A stretch of DNA of 64,000 nucleotides. It comes from a bacterium (GTDB taxonomy: Archaea > Thermoplasmatota > E2 > JACPAO01 > JAHFTW01). A model generated the notes under the pieces. That model did no database searches and had not been told where the DNA came from. It worked only from the letters and a program-made list of their open reading frames with translations. Where the stretch lies: positions 337,102-401,101 of the forward strand of contig JAZJZE010000001.1 of assembly GCA_040390065.1 (NCBI GenBank), read 5' to 3'. The position numbers and the translations under genes were made by a program. The stretch's first letter is position 1, and the number at the start of each line of letters is the position of its first letter. Positions 8,793-19,600 of the stretch are shown here, one piece after another.

Positions 8793-8910
8793 GCGAACCA
8801 CAAAGGGGAAGGCCGTAGCCCTCGGGCCATCAGGTCCGAGGGCGCGACGTGGACGCCGCGAAGCGGCGGCCCGGCCAACCTTCCGTCGTTGGCCACTTGA
8901 CTACCTGTGC
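8793..8910 (-). pseudogene. Truncated, disrupted copy of the tRNA-Leu 5' part
   Basis: The first 34 nt and the next 22 nt (1 mismatch) match the tRNA. The CAG triplet is replaced by a 62-nt two-hairpin insert (8815-8876). No T arm or 3' acceptor strand follows. Confidence 0.75.
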
Positions 8911-8950
8911 AGACGGTTGGGAAGAGGGGAGAAGTGGATTCCCTTGAACC

Positions 8951-9745
8951 TTACATCTCGAGTTCGCCGATGGCGTCCGCGAAGCGCTTGAAGCGCTCGC
9001 CCAGGAGGTCGAGGGCCTTCATGAGGGCGTCCTCGGCCTTGAGCGACCCGTCCGTCTCGAAGCGGAAGATGAACTTGCGGTCGTCGTAGGTGATCTTGAG
9101 GCCGCCCTGCGTCAGCTTCTCGGCTTCGTCCGCGCGGTTGATCTCCTCGGGCTGCAGGATGACGAGCTTGCCGCCATCGAGTCCCAGGATCCCCGCAGGC
9201 GTGCGGGCGACGGCTTCCTTGGCCGCCTCGGGCTTGATCTTGCGATTGTCCAACGTCGCCGTCGGGTAGTACTTGTAGCCGACCGCGGAGCAGACTTGCC
9301 ACTTTGCGTGCTGCGTGCCGTCGCCGAGGATGGCTTCGGCCTCGAGGATGAGGCGCTGGCCTTCCAGGAGGTCAACGAGCGGGACCTTCGCGTCCACGAT
9401 GCTGAACTTCTTGTCCTCGGGCTCGAGGTCGCCGGAGTACACCGTGCACGGGCCCTCCTTGGTGAGGGTGTAGCGCACGAGGTACGTCGGCTTGCCTTCG
9501 GCGTCGACTTGGCCCTTCATGTTGAGCGTGGAGGGGTCGGTCGGCACCGGCAGCAGGCCGATGCGGTGGGCCAGGATCTCGTCGAAGAGCGCGGAGGTGT
9601 TGTCGTAGAACGTCACCTTGTCGATGGCGAGCTTGGGCACTTCCGACAACAGGACGCGGCGCAGGGCATTGACGAAGTACGGGTGAACGCCGTCGATGAC
9701 GAGCTTGCACTCGCGGTCCGTGACGTTGCGAATCTCGATCTTCAT
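8951..9745 (-). CDS. rpoD: DNA-directed RNA polymerase subunit D (Rpo3)
   Basis: MKIEIRNVTDRECKLVIDGVHPYFVNALRRVLLSEVP. Last gene of the S13-S4-S11-RpoD block. A GTG at 9754 is an alternative start. Confidence 0.9.
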   Translation of the reverse strand: MKIEIRNVTDRECKLVIDGVHPYFVNALRRVLLSEVPKLAIDKVTFYDNTSALFDEILAHRIGLLPVPTDPSTLNMKGQVDAEGKPTYLVRYTLTKEGPCTVYSGDLEPEDKKFSIVDAKVPLVDLLEGQRLILEAEAILGDGTQHAKWQVCSAVGYKYYPTATLDNRKIKPEAAKEAVARTPAGILGLDGGKLVILQPEEINRADEAEKLTQGGLKITYDDRKFIFRFETDGSLKAEDALMKALDLLGERFKRFADAIGELEM

Positions 9746-9754
9746 GTCAAGCAC

Positions 9755-10144
9755 CTACACGCGCCGGCCGCGGCGGCCACCCTTCTTGCGGCAGCCGTCG
9801 TGCGGGATGGGAGTGACGTCCTCGATGCGGCCGACCATGATGCCGTTGCGTGCCAGGCCGCGGATGGCGGCTTGGGCGCCGGGGCCGGGGCTGCGGGCCT
9901 TGTTGCCGCCGTAGCCGCGCACGCGGATGTCGACCGTCGTGAAGCCTTTCTCCTTCAGGGCCTCGGCGATGCGCTGGGCGCACGCCATGGCTGCGAAGGG
10001 ACCGCCCTTGTCCTTGTCGGACTTGACGGCCATGCCGCCCGAGGCCTTCGCCACCGTCTCGGCGCCCGTGGCGTCGGTGACGGTGATGAGCACGTTGTTG
10101 TAGCTCGCGAAGATGTGCGCGATGCCGCGCTTGTCGGCGCTCAT
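9755..10144 (-). CDS. rps11: 30S ribosomal protein S11 (uS11)
   Basis: [33 protein letters not shown]; operon position. Confidence 0.95.
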   Translation of the reverse strand: MSADKRGIAHIFASYNNVLITVTDATGAETVAKASGGMAVKSDKDKGGPFAAMACAQRIAEALKEKGFTTVDIRVRGYGGNKARSPGPGAQAAIRGLARNGIMVGRIEDVTPIPHDGCRKKGGRRGRRV

Positions 10145-10746
10145 GCACTACCTCCCGGACCGGTGGCGCCGGCCGGGGCCGGAGCCTCCGCCAGCGACGG
10201 CGCCGGCGTCTCGAAGCCCTGCGCCTTGGGGCGCACGGGGTGGTTCTCGTCGGCGATGGCGGCGGTGGGGTCGATCATGATCTGTTCCTCTTCGCCGCGG
10301 CGCACGACGTACGACGGCACCGTCACGCGGCGGTCGCCAATCTTGATGTTGCCGTGGCTCACGAACTGGCGCGCCTGCTTGGGCGTGCGGGCCAATCCCT
10401 TGAGGTAGACCTGCGTCTGGAGGCGGCGGTTGAGGACGCGCTCCAGATCCAGGCCCAGCACTTCGTTGAGCGTCGCGTTGTCGCCGAGGTAGCCGCTGCG
10501 CTGCAGGCGGGCGATGAGCAGGCGCGACTCAGTCACGGCCTGTTCGTCCGCCGGGTTGCGCGTGCGGGCGATGAGGGCACGGGCCTGGCCGCGCACGTCG
10601 CGCAGGATGGTCTGGGCCTTCCAGATCTCGGTCTTGTTCTTGAGACCGTACTTGGACTTGACTTCGTTCTCCGCTTTGATGCGTTCGCCTTGCCACGGGT
10701 GGCTCGGCGTGTCGTAGTGGCGGCGGTTGAATTTGGGCTGGCCCAT
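10141..10746 (-). CDS. rps4: 30S ribosomal protein S4 (uS4)
   Basis: [23 protein letters not shown].., S4 domain [26 protein letters not shown]. Confidence 0.95.
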   Translation of the reverse strand: MGQPKFNRRHYDTPSHPWQGERIKAENEVKSKYGLKNKTEIWKAQTILRDVRGQARALIARTRNPADEQAVTESRLLIARLQRSGYLGDNATLNEVLGLDLERVLNRRLQTQVYLKGLARTPKQARQFVSHGNIKIGDRRVTVPSYVVRRGEEEQIMIDPTAAIADENHPVRPKAQGFETPAPSLAEAPAPAGATGPGGSA

Positions 10747-11481
10747 CTACTTCTTGCCTCCTGCGGGTTTGGCGGGGGCGCCTGCAGCGGGCTTCGCCGG
10801 GGCTGCGGCCGCCTTGGCCTGGGCACCCTGTGCTGCGCTGGGGGCTGCGGCGGGCTTGGCGCCGCCGAGCGGCTTGGCCCCTCCGCCACCGGCGGCCTTC
10901 GGGGCCGCGGCTGCGGCCGGTGCGCCTTCGGCACCGGGTGCGGGCTGGCCCTCGATCTTGCGCTGCACACCGACAGCGGAGCCGAAGCGTCCGTTGTTCT
11001 TGGTGCGCTGGCCGCGCGTCGGGAGCTTCTTCTCGTGGCGGTGGCCGCGCCAGGAACGGATCTTCTTGAGGCGGTTGAGGTCCTCGCGGAGCATGATGGT
11101 GATCTCGGTGCCGATCATGTGGCGGTCGTCGCCGGACTCGGGGTCCTTGCGGCGGTTGACCATCCACGCGGGCAGCATCTCGGTCAGGCCTTCGATGGCG
11201 GCGTTGACGGCGGCAATCTCGGGGTCCTTGAGGTTCCCGATGCGCTCGTCGGGGTCGACGTTGGCTTCGCGGGCGACGACGTACGCCAGGCGCTTGCCGA
11301 CGCCGGGGACGTAGGCGAGGGCGGTGGCGACGTTCTTCTTGCCGTCCAAGTCGGTGTTGACGAGGCGGACCAGGTGGCGGAAGTCGGGGCCGAACTCGAT
11401 CTTCTTGGCGGGTTCGGATTTCTCCTTCGGCGGGCCTTTCGGGGTCTCCGCCTTCGTGTCGGGCTTGGTGTTCTCTGCCAT
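10747..11481 (-). CDS. rps13: 30S ribosomal protein S13 (uS13) with Ala/Pro/Lys-rich C-terminal tail
   Basis: ATG at 11481 (MAENTKPD..). Core FRHLVRLVNTDLDGKKNV..SWRGHRH. The upstream part of the track ORF overlaps gene 11711..12331 and is rejected. Confidence 0.9.
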   Translation of the reverse strand: MAENTKPDTKAETPKGPPKEKSEPAKKIEFGPDFRHLVRLVNTDLDGKKNVATALAYVPGVGKRLAYVVAREANVDPDERIGNLKDPEIAAVNAAIEGLTEMLPAWMVNRRKDPESGDDRHMIGTEITIMLREDLNRLKKIRSWRGHRHEKKLPTRGQRTKNNGRFGSAVGVQRKIEGQPAPGAEGAPAAAAAPKAAGGGGAKPLGGAKPAAAPSAAQGAQAKAAAAPAKPAAGAPAKPAGGKK

Positions 11482-11626
11482 GGTGACTCCCCCCTCGCCT
11501 CGAAGGGCGCGAGGATCGATGCCGATGCGAACCGTGGAACCGAAGTTCCAGCGGCGTGGCGTGGGCGAACCCACGTCCGCCCGGGTTGCCCCGGACGCTT
11601 CTGCAAGCTTCGCGACAAAGGGGATG

Positions 11627-11634
11627 TATAAAAG
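11627..11634 (-). promoter_or_regulatory. TATA-box-like element (CTTTTATA) upstream of the rps13 operon
   Basis: The only strong A/T octamer in the 11482-11710 spacer. It sits ~145 nt upstream of the rps13 ATG, implying a long leader. Confidence 0.4.
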
Positions 11635-11710
11635 AATTGGGCTGGCCCCGGTGGTGCAAAAGGACTGATGGAAACGAAGGGAAGAGGGGGAGAGGGAGCG
11701 ACCTGTCGGC

Positions 11711-12331
11711 TTACGCGACGATGTAGATGATGCAGACGTTGTGGTTGCCGATGAGGTAGTCGCTGGTGTTGTTGCAGGTGGCAAACGTGGCGCCCGCGGC
11801 GACGTACGCCGTGCCGACGGCGGCGTTGCAGACGATGGAGCCCATGGTGGAGCCGTACGTCAGGGTGGCGCCGACGACGCCGGGGCCGTAGTTGGACGGG
11901 TCGGCGCAGGAGATGTAGACCGCCGACGTGGTCGTGCTGGCAGAGGCCGGCATCGAGATCCCCGTCTCCGTGACGTACACGATCTGGCGCAGCCAGTCGC
12001 CGATGGGCGAGACCGGCGGGTCGCAGGTGCAGGTCGTGGTGCAGCTGCTGCCGAACAGGTAGTTCATCGTCGCCGCGCAGGAGTCGAGGGCGGTGCTGAC
12101 CGCGATGGCGAGCTCCTGGTCGCGCGCGTTGCAGAGGACCGCCGCTTCCTGGGAGACGTACAGCTCGGTGGCGCCAACGACGCCGCCGCTGCCGCCGACA
12201 CTCGGGCAGCGCGTCAGGCACTGCACCGTGCCGCAGATCGTGACGCCGCCGTCGGCCGTCGCCGGGGCGGGGACGGCCAGGATGGCCGTGGCTGCAAGCA
12301 GGCTTGTCGCAAACAGGGTTCGGAGTTTCAT
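11711..12331 (-). CDS. Secreted Cys-rich protein, unknown function
   Basis: ATG at 12331 gives MKLRTLFATSLLAATAILAVPAPATA signal peptide. Many Cys residues, no TM anchor. Confidence 0.65.
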   Translation of the reverse strand: MKLRTLFATSLLAATAILAVPAPATADGGVTICGTVQCLTRCPSVGGSGGVVGATELYVSQEAAVLCNARDQELAIAVSTALDSCAATMNYLFGSSCTTTCTCDPPVSPIGDWLRQIVYVTETGISMPASASTTTSAVYISCADPSNYGPGVVGATLTYGSTMGSIVCNAAVGTAYVAAGATFATCNNTSDYLIGNHNVCIIYIVA

Positions 12332-12384
12332 GCGGTTCACCAGTCCGGCCGTTCCGCCAGACGGTCCGGCATGCCCTGCGCCAC

Positions 12385-13314
12385 TTAAATCTTCAAGGTC
12401 GACAAAATCGGGGAGCCTGGTCGGGGCATTGCGCCGCGGCTCATGGCTTCAACACAACCCGTATCCGGGCACGGCTCCGGGTCGACGGCGACGACCTTGA
12501 TGAGGAAGACGAGTGGTTGCCCGTACAGCGGATGGCCCGCGTGCGCCGCATCCGTGTACGCGTCCTCGGGCGCCAGCCGGACGACGCGCACGGTGTTTGT
12601 GGACAATCCCTTGAGGGCCTTGTTGAAGCCCCGGATGGTCGTGAAGTAGTCCCATGCCGTTCGGTTTCCAGTCGCCGGCCCGACCGGCGTGCCAGCCGTC
12701 GTTGCCGACCACTGTGCGCCGCGTTCGCCGCGTTCGCGGTCGTAGACGTAGACGGGCAGCGCGTCACCGCCATCCCACGAATAGATGGGCGATCGGGCCC
12801 ACCTCGAGTCGTTCTGCACGGCCTCGATGTTGGTGTAGAACAGGGTGCCGTTCTCTAGGAAGCCGGCCGTGAGGACGCGCACGCCGACGCCGGGACGCGC
12901 GACGTCGCCGGGCGTCGGGGCCGCGACCGCCCAGCGCATGTGGCCGGATTGGCTGGCGCGGCACCCGTCCGCTTCGCCGCGCGTCGTCCAGGCCAGCGTG
13001 ACGTTGGCGGTGGTCGCCGTCGCGGGCTGCACCCGCACGCGTACGAGCGACGGCGAGGCCGTGCCGTTTCCTAGCCGCTCGGCGTCCGCCCGCCAGGCGT
13101 CGGGATGGGCGGCGACGGTCGCGTTCCAGTGCAGCCCCGGGGCGTCCTGCAGGACGAGCGTGTCCCATGGCTGGCGGCCGTCGGTCGCCATGAAGTCGGC
13201 GCCGACGTGCGGCGTCGCAAGCAGCGGCACCGCCATGGAACCGCACGCCGTATCCGCGACGCAGCCGGAAAACGGTATGACTGCCAAGGCCCAGAGGAGG
13301 CCCGCCCAACGCAT
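12385..13314 (-). CDS. Lipoprotein with C-terminal FKBP-type peptidyl-prolyl isomerase-like domain
   Basis: MRWAGLLWALAVIPFSGC lipobox. FKBP-like pattern: VRVLTAGFLENGTLFYTN .. IRGFNKALKGL .. VVRLAPEDAY .. PLVFLIKVVAV. Confidence 0.55.
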   Translation of the reverse strand: MRWAGLLWALAVIPFSGCVADTACGSMAVPLLATPHVGADFMATDGRQPWDTLVLQDAPGLHWNATVAAHPDAWRADAERLGNGTASPSLVRVRVQPATATTANVTLAWTTRGEADGCRASQSGHMRWAVAAPTPGDVARPGVGVRVLTAGFLENGTLFYTNIEAVQNDSRWARSPIYSWDGGDALPVYVYDRERGERGAQWSATTAGTPVGPATGNRTAWDYFTTIRGFNKALKGLSTNTVRVVRLAPEDAYTDAAHAGHPLYGQPLVFLIKVVAVDPEPCPDTGCVEAMSRGAMPRPGSPILSTLKI

Positions 13315-13394
13315 GGCCGGCCACGCGGCGCGGCGCGACTTAAGCGTTCCCTGCGTGCATACTGTTCTTCAGGGGCTCGCGTCCTGCGCGACGC

Positions 13395-14516
13395 GTGAAG
13401 GTGACCGTGGTGGGCGGCGGCGTGCTCGGGTGCGCAGGCGCCTTGGGGCTGGCCGATGGGGGGCACGAGGTGACGCTGGTCGAGCGTCGGACCCTTGGCT
13501 CGGGGAACTCCGCGAAAGCGGCGGGCATCCTGTCGTCGTTTGCCTGGAACGACGCGGACTACAAGCTCATCGCCGAGACGCGTGGCGCCATCGGCGAACT
13601 CATCTCGCTCGCCATGGCGGCAGGCGAGCGCAACGCCCGCAATGCTTGGCGGCCGACGCCGTCCATCGTGGTGGGCAAGGGCGACTCGCTGCGGCTGCTC
13701 GACCAATTGCAGGAGCGCGTCGAGCGCCACACGGAGGAATGCGAACGGCTCGACCACCGCAGCGCCGCGCGCGATTTCCCCGAGATGCGGTTCGAGCCAG
13801 GCGAGGAGATCCTCGTGGCGCAGGAGGACGGCATCGTCGAGGTGGGGGATCTCACCGCCGCACTGCGCGCGCGGCTCGTGAGCGAAGGCGTGGCCGTCGT
13901 CGAGAACGGGGCGGATGCCCTTGCCGTGGCGGGCGGCCGGGTGCACGGTGCGGACGCCGTCGTCGTCGCCGCGGGCGTATGGACCGCCCCTCTTGTTGCG
14001 CGCCACGGCGTGCGTCTGCCGGTGCAGAACTACCGGACGCAGCTGGCGAGCCTGGCCATGCCGTCGGAGAACCTGCCCATCGTGCATGACCTGGTGCAGC
14101 ACTTCTACGCGCGGCCCGAGTCGGAGTCCTCCATGATGGCAGGCGACGGCACGCAGTTGCGCCCGTTCGATCCTGAGCACTACAACGAGGCGGCCGATCC
14201 TGAGTTCATCGAGGCCACGGCCGAGCGCGTCGTGCGGCGCTTCGACGATGGCGGCGAGGCGACGGTCCGCTCGGGATGGGCGGGTCTCTGTGTGGCGACT
14301 CCGGACCGGCGTCCGTTGTGCGGTCCGGTCGACGGGGTGGAGGGGCTGTTCGTCCTGACGGGGGACAACGGCTTCGGGGTCATGCGCAGCCTGGCCCTCG
14401 GCGCGAAGCTGGCGGATGCAGTGCGGGGCAGGGTCGACGCCGGCCTCGATCCGCGGCGGTTTGGCAAGGATGCGACGTCCGAGTTCCAGATGCGCGAAGG
14501 ATATGGCGCCCCGTGA
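13395..14516 (+). CDS. FAD-dependent oxidoreductase (DAO/glycine-oxidase-like family)
   Basis: GTG start. Rossmann motif KVTVVGGGVLGCAGALGLADGGHEVTLVE. Length and C-terminal GDNGFG pattern are typical of the DAO family. Confidence 0.75.
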   Translation: MKVTVVGGGVLGCAGALGLADGGHEVTLVERRTLGSGNSAKAAGILSSFAWNDADYKLIAETRGAIGELISLAMAAGERNARNAWRPTPSIVVGKGDSLRLLDQLQERVERHTEECERLDHRSAARDFPEMRFEPGEEILVAQEDGIVEVGDLTAALRARLVSEGVAVVENGADALAVAGGRVHGADAVVVAAGVWTAPLVARHGVRLPVQNYRTQLASLAMPSENLPIVHDLVQHFYARPESESSMMAGDGTQLRPFDPEHYNEAADPEFIEATAERVVRRFDDGGEATVRSGWAGLCVATPDRRPLCGPVDGVEGLFVLTGDNGFGVMRSLALGAKLADAVRGRVDAGLDPRRFGKDATSEFQMREGYGAP

Positions 14517-14593
14517 TGCGACGGTCATCGCATTCCGCGCCATTGAAACGCCGTTTTCCTAGCCCTCGCGATGTCCATACTTGAACAATGACT

Positions 14594-14610
14594 GGATTTC
14601 TGAGAAATCC
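14594..14610. promoter_or_regulatory. Perfect palindrome GGATTTC-TGA-GAAATCC in the promoter region of 14672..16648
   Basis: Seen directly. A further GAAAATCCTTTT patch at 14633-14644 lies ~30-38 nt upstream of ATG 14672. Confidence 0.3.
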
Positions 14611-14671
14611 ATGCGTCGGACTCCGAAAAGACGAAAATCCTTTTCAGGAAAACCAGCGTGAGCCTCAAGGT

Positions 14672-16648
14672 ATGTGGGGAGCACGTGGTGGATTGGGCGC
14701 CGAAGCCGGCGCCCCGAGCAGGGATGAAACGCAGTCGGACCAGGCCCGCCGCGCCTCGCGCGCCCTGTCGGCAGTCGTCCTCGCCTTCCTTGCGACGTTT
14801 GCCGGCCTTGCCATCCCGCTCTTGCCGACCGCGACGGCGGCCCCCGGCGGCGCCGTCTTGGATAACGGCGTCGTCGCCCTCGGCGTCCTGCCACTTGGCA
14901 GCCTCGGCGTCGACAGCGCGGTGATGACGAACTGCAACCGCGCCAACCAGCCGCAGCACGCCGACCCGATCACGCTGCGGCACGACGGCCTGAACTCGGA
15001 CGCCAACTGCCAAGCCTACGAGGCCTGGGGCCTGGCGTATACGGGGGCATCGTCCTGCTGGGCCACGGCCACCAGCGTCGCTGTTCCATGGGCGGGGTTG
15101 AGCTCGCCGCCGCCTACACCTGTGTCCTTCACCGCCACCGCCACGACGGCGGTCTCCGTGGTGACGTGCGGCGACATCCAGATGACCCAATCCTTCAGCC
15201 CGCAGCCGGGATTCCCGCAGATCTTCCGCGACGACATCCAGATCGTCAACACCTGCATGACGTGCACTCTGACGAACGTGCAGTTCCGCCGCACAATGGG
15301 CTGGTTCGACATGAACATGCACACCAACTATGGCGGCAACTGCCAATGCCAGACGGCGCAGGACATCGACACGCTCCCGACGGCGGCGCCGACGCCCGCA
15401 AGCCTCGTCGCGACCGGCCTGGTGGAGCCGTACGCCATCGGCCCGCCGGCGCTCAGCGGCCCCGTGCCCGACCCGACCGTTCCCCTGACGTACGCGGTGC
15501 AAGGCCCCCCAGGCGGCCCCCCAGTGTACCACTTCGCCTACGTGCAGACGCAGTCGATGGTCTACGACCTCAACTTCGGGACCCTCGGTCCGGGAAGCAT
15601 GCAGCCTTTCGTCTTCTACTACGGGGCGGATACGAGCACAGACGCCGCGACGGCGGCCCTCACGACCATCGGGGCGCAGGTGTACAACTACGACAATCCG
15701 GTCCCGAACTGGGACACGCAGGCACCGACCCAGCTCCCCGGGCCTGTCGGCGTGTTTGCCTACCAGGAGCTTCCCAAGATCGACGTGACCCCGCCCGCAG
15801 GGCCGACGGCGAGCCACAAGGGCCAGCAGACGAACGGCTGCGGACTTTCGCCCGTCCAGTTCACCGACTCGTCAACGGCCGGCGGCGCCCCCATCGTGGG
15901 CTGGGCCTGGGACTTTGGCGACGGCAGCACCAGCACCGACCAGAACCCCCTGCACTACTATGGCGGAGAGGGCACGTACGCCGTCACCGAGACGGTCACC
16001 GACGCCAACGGAAACACGAACACCGTTTCGTCCACGGTCGACGTCACGACGACCCAGTGCACGGAACCGACGATCTCACAGTCGGACCCGCAGGGGATCC
16101 GGCCACCGCACGATGGCACCGACCCGGCAATCGCCGGCGCAGACGCGGACGGTGACGGCGTGGCGAACGCCTTGGACAACTGCGTGTTTGCAGCCAACGC
16201 CGATCAAGCCGACAGCGATGCGGACCTGGCCGGCGACGCGTGCGACATCGACGCCGACAACGACGGCTTGGCCAACAACGCGGACAACTGCCCGACGACC
16301 GCGAATCCCAACCAAGAGGACCTCGACGGCAACGGCGAGGGTGACCCATGTGACGACGACCAAGACGGCGACCATGTCCTGAATGGCATGGACAACTGCC
16401 CCACGGTCCCGAACACGCTGCAGGGCGACGTCGACGCAGACGGGGTCGGCGACGCGTGCCAAATCAAGACGCTGCAGGCCTTGGCGGTCGCGCCCACGGC
16501 AAGCCGAGATCTGACGACCGACCGCGGTGTCTCTGCCCCGGCACAGCCGCAGTCCACAGTGCCGCTCCTTCTGCCGGTCAGCATCGCGGCCGCCCTAGGG
16601 GCATTTGCCATCGGCCTCGTTGCAGCCGGCCGCCGGCGGAGGCGGTAG
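14672..16648 (+). CDS. Surface protein with PKD domain, thrombospondin type-3 (Ca-binding) repeats and C-terminal TM anchor
   Basis: Start re-picked at ATG 14672 because 14588-14671 has low third-position GC. PKD ([20 protein letters not shown]). TSP3 array ([45 protein letters not shown]..). Tail [25 protein letters not shown]. Confidence 0.8.
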   Translation: MWGARGGLGAEAGAPSRDETQSDQARRASRALSAVVLAFLATFAGLAIPLLPTATAAPGGAVLDNGVVALGVLPLGSLGVDSAVMTNCNRANQPQHADPITLRHDGLNSDANCQAYEAWGLAYTGASSCWATATSVAVPWAGLSSPPPTPVSFTATATTAVSVVTCGDIQMTQSFSPQPGFPQIFRDDIQIVNTCMTCTLTNVQFRRTMGWFDMNMHTNYGGNCQCQTAQDIDTLPTAAPTPASLVATGLVEPYAIGPPALSGPVPDPTVPLTYAVQGPPGGPPVYHFAYVQTQSMVYDLNFGTLGPGSMQPFVFYYGADTSTDAATAALTTIGAQVYNYDNPVPNWDTQAPTQLPGPVGVFAYQELPKIDVTPPAGPTASHKGQQTNGCGLSPVQFTDSSTAGGAPIVGWAWDFGDGSTSTDQNPLHYYGGEGTYAVTETVTDANGNTNTVSSTVDVTTTQCTEPTISQSDPQGIRPPHDGTDPAIAGADADGDGVANALDNCVFAANADQADSDADLAGDACDIDADNDGLANNADNCPTTANPNQEDLDGNGEGDPCDDDQDGDHVLNGMDNCPTVPNTLQGDVDADGVGDACQIKTLQALAVAPTASRDLTTDRGVSAPAQPQSTVPLLLPVSIAAALGAFAIGLVAAGRRRRR

Positions 16649-16649
16649 C

Positions 16650-19600
16650 ATGGCGTTCCAGCGGGCCACGCTGCTCGCCCTGGCGCTTGCCGTCCTTGCA
16701 AGTGGGCTGGCCCTGTTTGCCCACACCGCGGCGGCAGGCGGCACCGGGTTCGAGATCCTGGCGGACAGCACATCCGACCATACGGGCGGCAGCCAGGACG
16801 CCGAGATCGTGCGCATCGGCGCCTCGTCCGACGCATCCCGGATCTATTTCTGGGTGAAGGTCGGCGACTCGAGCTCCTCGTATGACCCGACGGCGGCTGC
16901 CAACCACGTCACGGCCCTGACGTTTCCCGTCAACTTGATCGACAAGTTCGGCACCTCCCGCTGGTTCACCAACAAGTACGACACTGCGGGAGCGTGGTCC
17001 GGAGCCGACTTCGCGGTCGGCAACAGCGACTCCGGCTCCTCCACGCAACCGACGCCGTACACCGTCACGTGGGCCTGCAATGAGGTCAAGTATTCAGTCA
17101 GCCGCACGGGCTGGGGCGCCGCGGGTTCGCAAAACCCGGCGGACGGCGATGCCTGGACGGGCATCTGGGTCGATTCCAAGGATTTCGCCGCCGCGACGCT
17201 GTTCGACTCGGCTGGCCGCTCGACGCCCCCACCGGCCGGAACCGGATCCGGTGCATGGACCGTTGGCCAGAACGGAAACACCTGGCAAGACGCACCGACC
17301 CTCTCCGCCCTGACCCCGGTCGGGGACAACAAGGTTCGCGTCTCGTGGTCTGCGGCAGCGGACAACGGTGCCCAAGCCGTCTCCGCCTACCGTGTGTACC
17401 GCAGCGTGAACGGAGTCCTCCCGTTCGGGCTCGTCGCCACGGTGAGCTCCCCGAGCACGACGTACGATGACACGGGCCTCACGACGGGGTCGACGTACGC
17501 CTACAAGGTGTCCGCCGTCAACTGCCCACAACTACCGGCCAAGACGTCGGCGCCACCCGCGGGCGAGCCCTCTTACGTAGGCGGCGAGAGCCTGCGCAGC
17601 GCATCCATGTCCATCGTGCCCGACTTCCGGCCGCTCGCGGCAACCGGGCTTGCGGCTGGATCCCCCACGGCGGACTCGCTGCAGCTGACGTGGACCGCGC
17701 CGACGGACTGCCCCGCGGCATCTTGCACCCCGGCCGGGTCGGGTGGCAGCGGCATCCAGGGCTACAAGGTCTACCGCGGACCGTCGGGCGGCGAAGCCCT
17801 AGTGGACGACGTACTGGCCTCGGCGGTGTGCACACCTGCGTGCGCCTACACCAGTTCGGGCCTGACCGCCGCGACACACTACTGCTACTACATCCGGGCG
17901 TACGACAACTACGCCACGCCGAACCTTGGCCCCGCCTCGGCGGAGGCGTGCGGCGATACGACGTCCAGCGGTCCCACGCCGCCTGCGGCCGTCGCCGATT
18001 CTTTCAACGCAATCAAGGACACGCTCTTGACCGCGACCACTGCGTGCGTTCCGGCAGGCACGCCGGCCGCATCGGGCGGACCGTACGCGGGCGTCGTCTG
18101 CAACGACCAAGACACCGCGAACCACGTCATCACGGCGCTGCTGGTCTCCGGCCCGACCCATATCACGCCCGGAGGGACGTTTTCCCTCGACGCCAAGGGC
18201 GGCGTGACGTACCAGGCGGCGACCGGATACTGCGGCGGCACGGGCGATTCCTTCCAGTACCAACTGAAAGACATCGACACAAACACGCTGCTCAACACGG
18301 TCACGGCCAGCATCGCCGTCGCTTGCACTGCCGCCGACCCGTTCGCCTTGGCGGACTCCTATTCGCTCTCCGAAGACTGCAGCGCCGCTGCGGCCCTCCT
18401 CTGTGCAACGCCCTTTGCGGCAAGCGGGTATCCGGCCTGCGGCGGCACGGCGGGCGTGTTGTGCAATGATGTGAACACCCTCGGCCACGCGATCCGCGCC
18501 ATCCTGGGGGCTGGTGTCCTGCACGGCTCCTTGACGCTCTCGTCGAACGGCGCCTTCTCCTACACGCCCACCGCCAACTATTGCGGCAGCGACGCCTTCA
18601 CCTACACGTTGCACGATGACACCACGGCCGCCGACGTCAACACCGTGGCGGTCACCCTGACGCTTGCATGCGTCAATGACCTGCCGCAGCCGACCAACGA
18701 CAGCTATCTCGTCATCACGAACGCGGCACCGGCCTTGCTGAGCCCGAGTGTGACCGCCACGGACGGCGACCCCGACGCAGGCGTGGCCGCTTCTCCTGCC
18801 GCTTGGAGCACGCTCAGTATCACTGGCGTCACCCTGCCGAACTTTGGCGGCACGGCGACCATCGTCGGCAGCAACATCCGCTACAACCCGGCCGTCGGGT
18901 TCTCCGGTACCGAGACGTTCAGCTACACATTGTCGGACGCCGGCGGCTTGTCCGCAAGCGCCATGGTCAGCATCACCGTCCGCGCCAACCAGCTGCCCCA
19001 TGCCCACTTCGTGGCCAATCCCGGCAGCCCCGTGGTCGGTCAGCCGGTCACGTTCATCGACTCGTCTGCCGACCCGGATCCCGGGGACGCGGTGCAAACC
19101 CGGGCGTGGGACTTCGGCGATGGGTACGCATCCGCCGCGACCAGCCCGACGCACGTCTTCGGAACAATCGGCGGCGCCAAGGTCTGCTTGACGGTCAAGG
19201 ACGGCTTCGGCGCGTTCAGCCTCCCCTACTGCCAGAGTCTGGCCGTGCTCGCGCCGTCCGGTCCAGCCAATCCGCCGGGCTCGGGGCCTGCGCCGCCGAC
19301 CCAGCCTCCGGCACAACCGCCGGCGGAGCAACCGGGGACGCAAGCCTTCCATGTGGATGCCGGGCCGGCCCAACGTGTGCCGGCGGGCTCCGCGGTGACG
19401 CTGCACGCGTCCGCCGCAGGCGCGACCGCCTTCGCTTGGATCCAGACGGCGGGCCCGCACGTCGACCTGCAAGCCGCGGGCACGGCGTCGCCGACGTTTG
19501 CCGCCCCCAAGGTCGCCAATCCGTACGCCGTGCTGTTCTTCGAGGTCACCGCACAGGGTGCGACGCAGAGCGCCGTCGGCGGCGTCATGGTGACCGTGGA

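Noticed and set aside
8793-8910. The upstream tRNA-Leu-like sequence read as a functional intron-containing tRNA, with the 62-nt insert as an intron.
   Set aside because: No T arm or 3' acceptor strand follows. No way of excising the insert leaves a 7-nt loop with a Leu or Ser anticodon; I tried all prefix/suffix combinations and obtained only TAC, GAC or GGC.
14594-14610. GGATTT..AAATCC palindromes interpreted as dedicated operators of the double-wHTH regulators.
   Set aside because: This is only partly rejected. The half-site is the same WWATCC(A) word found ~30 nt upstream of many genes, including the putative rps17 promoter, so a general TATA/promoter role explains most occurrences. An operator role is kept only as a secondary hypothesis.
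14588-14671. ATG 14588 as the start of the TSP3/PKD protein, as in the ORF track.
   Set aside because: Only about a third of the 27 codons before ATG 14672 end in G/C by my count, against the strong GC3 bias of real genes here. The stretch also contains the palindrome and TATA-like patch, so it is more likely promoter or leader.
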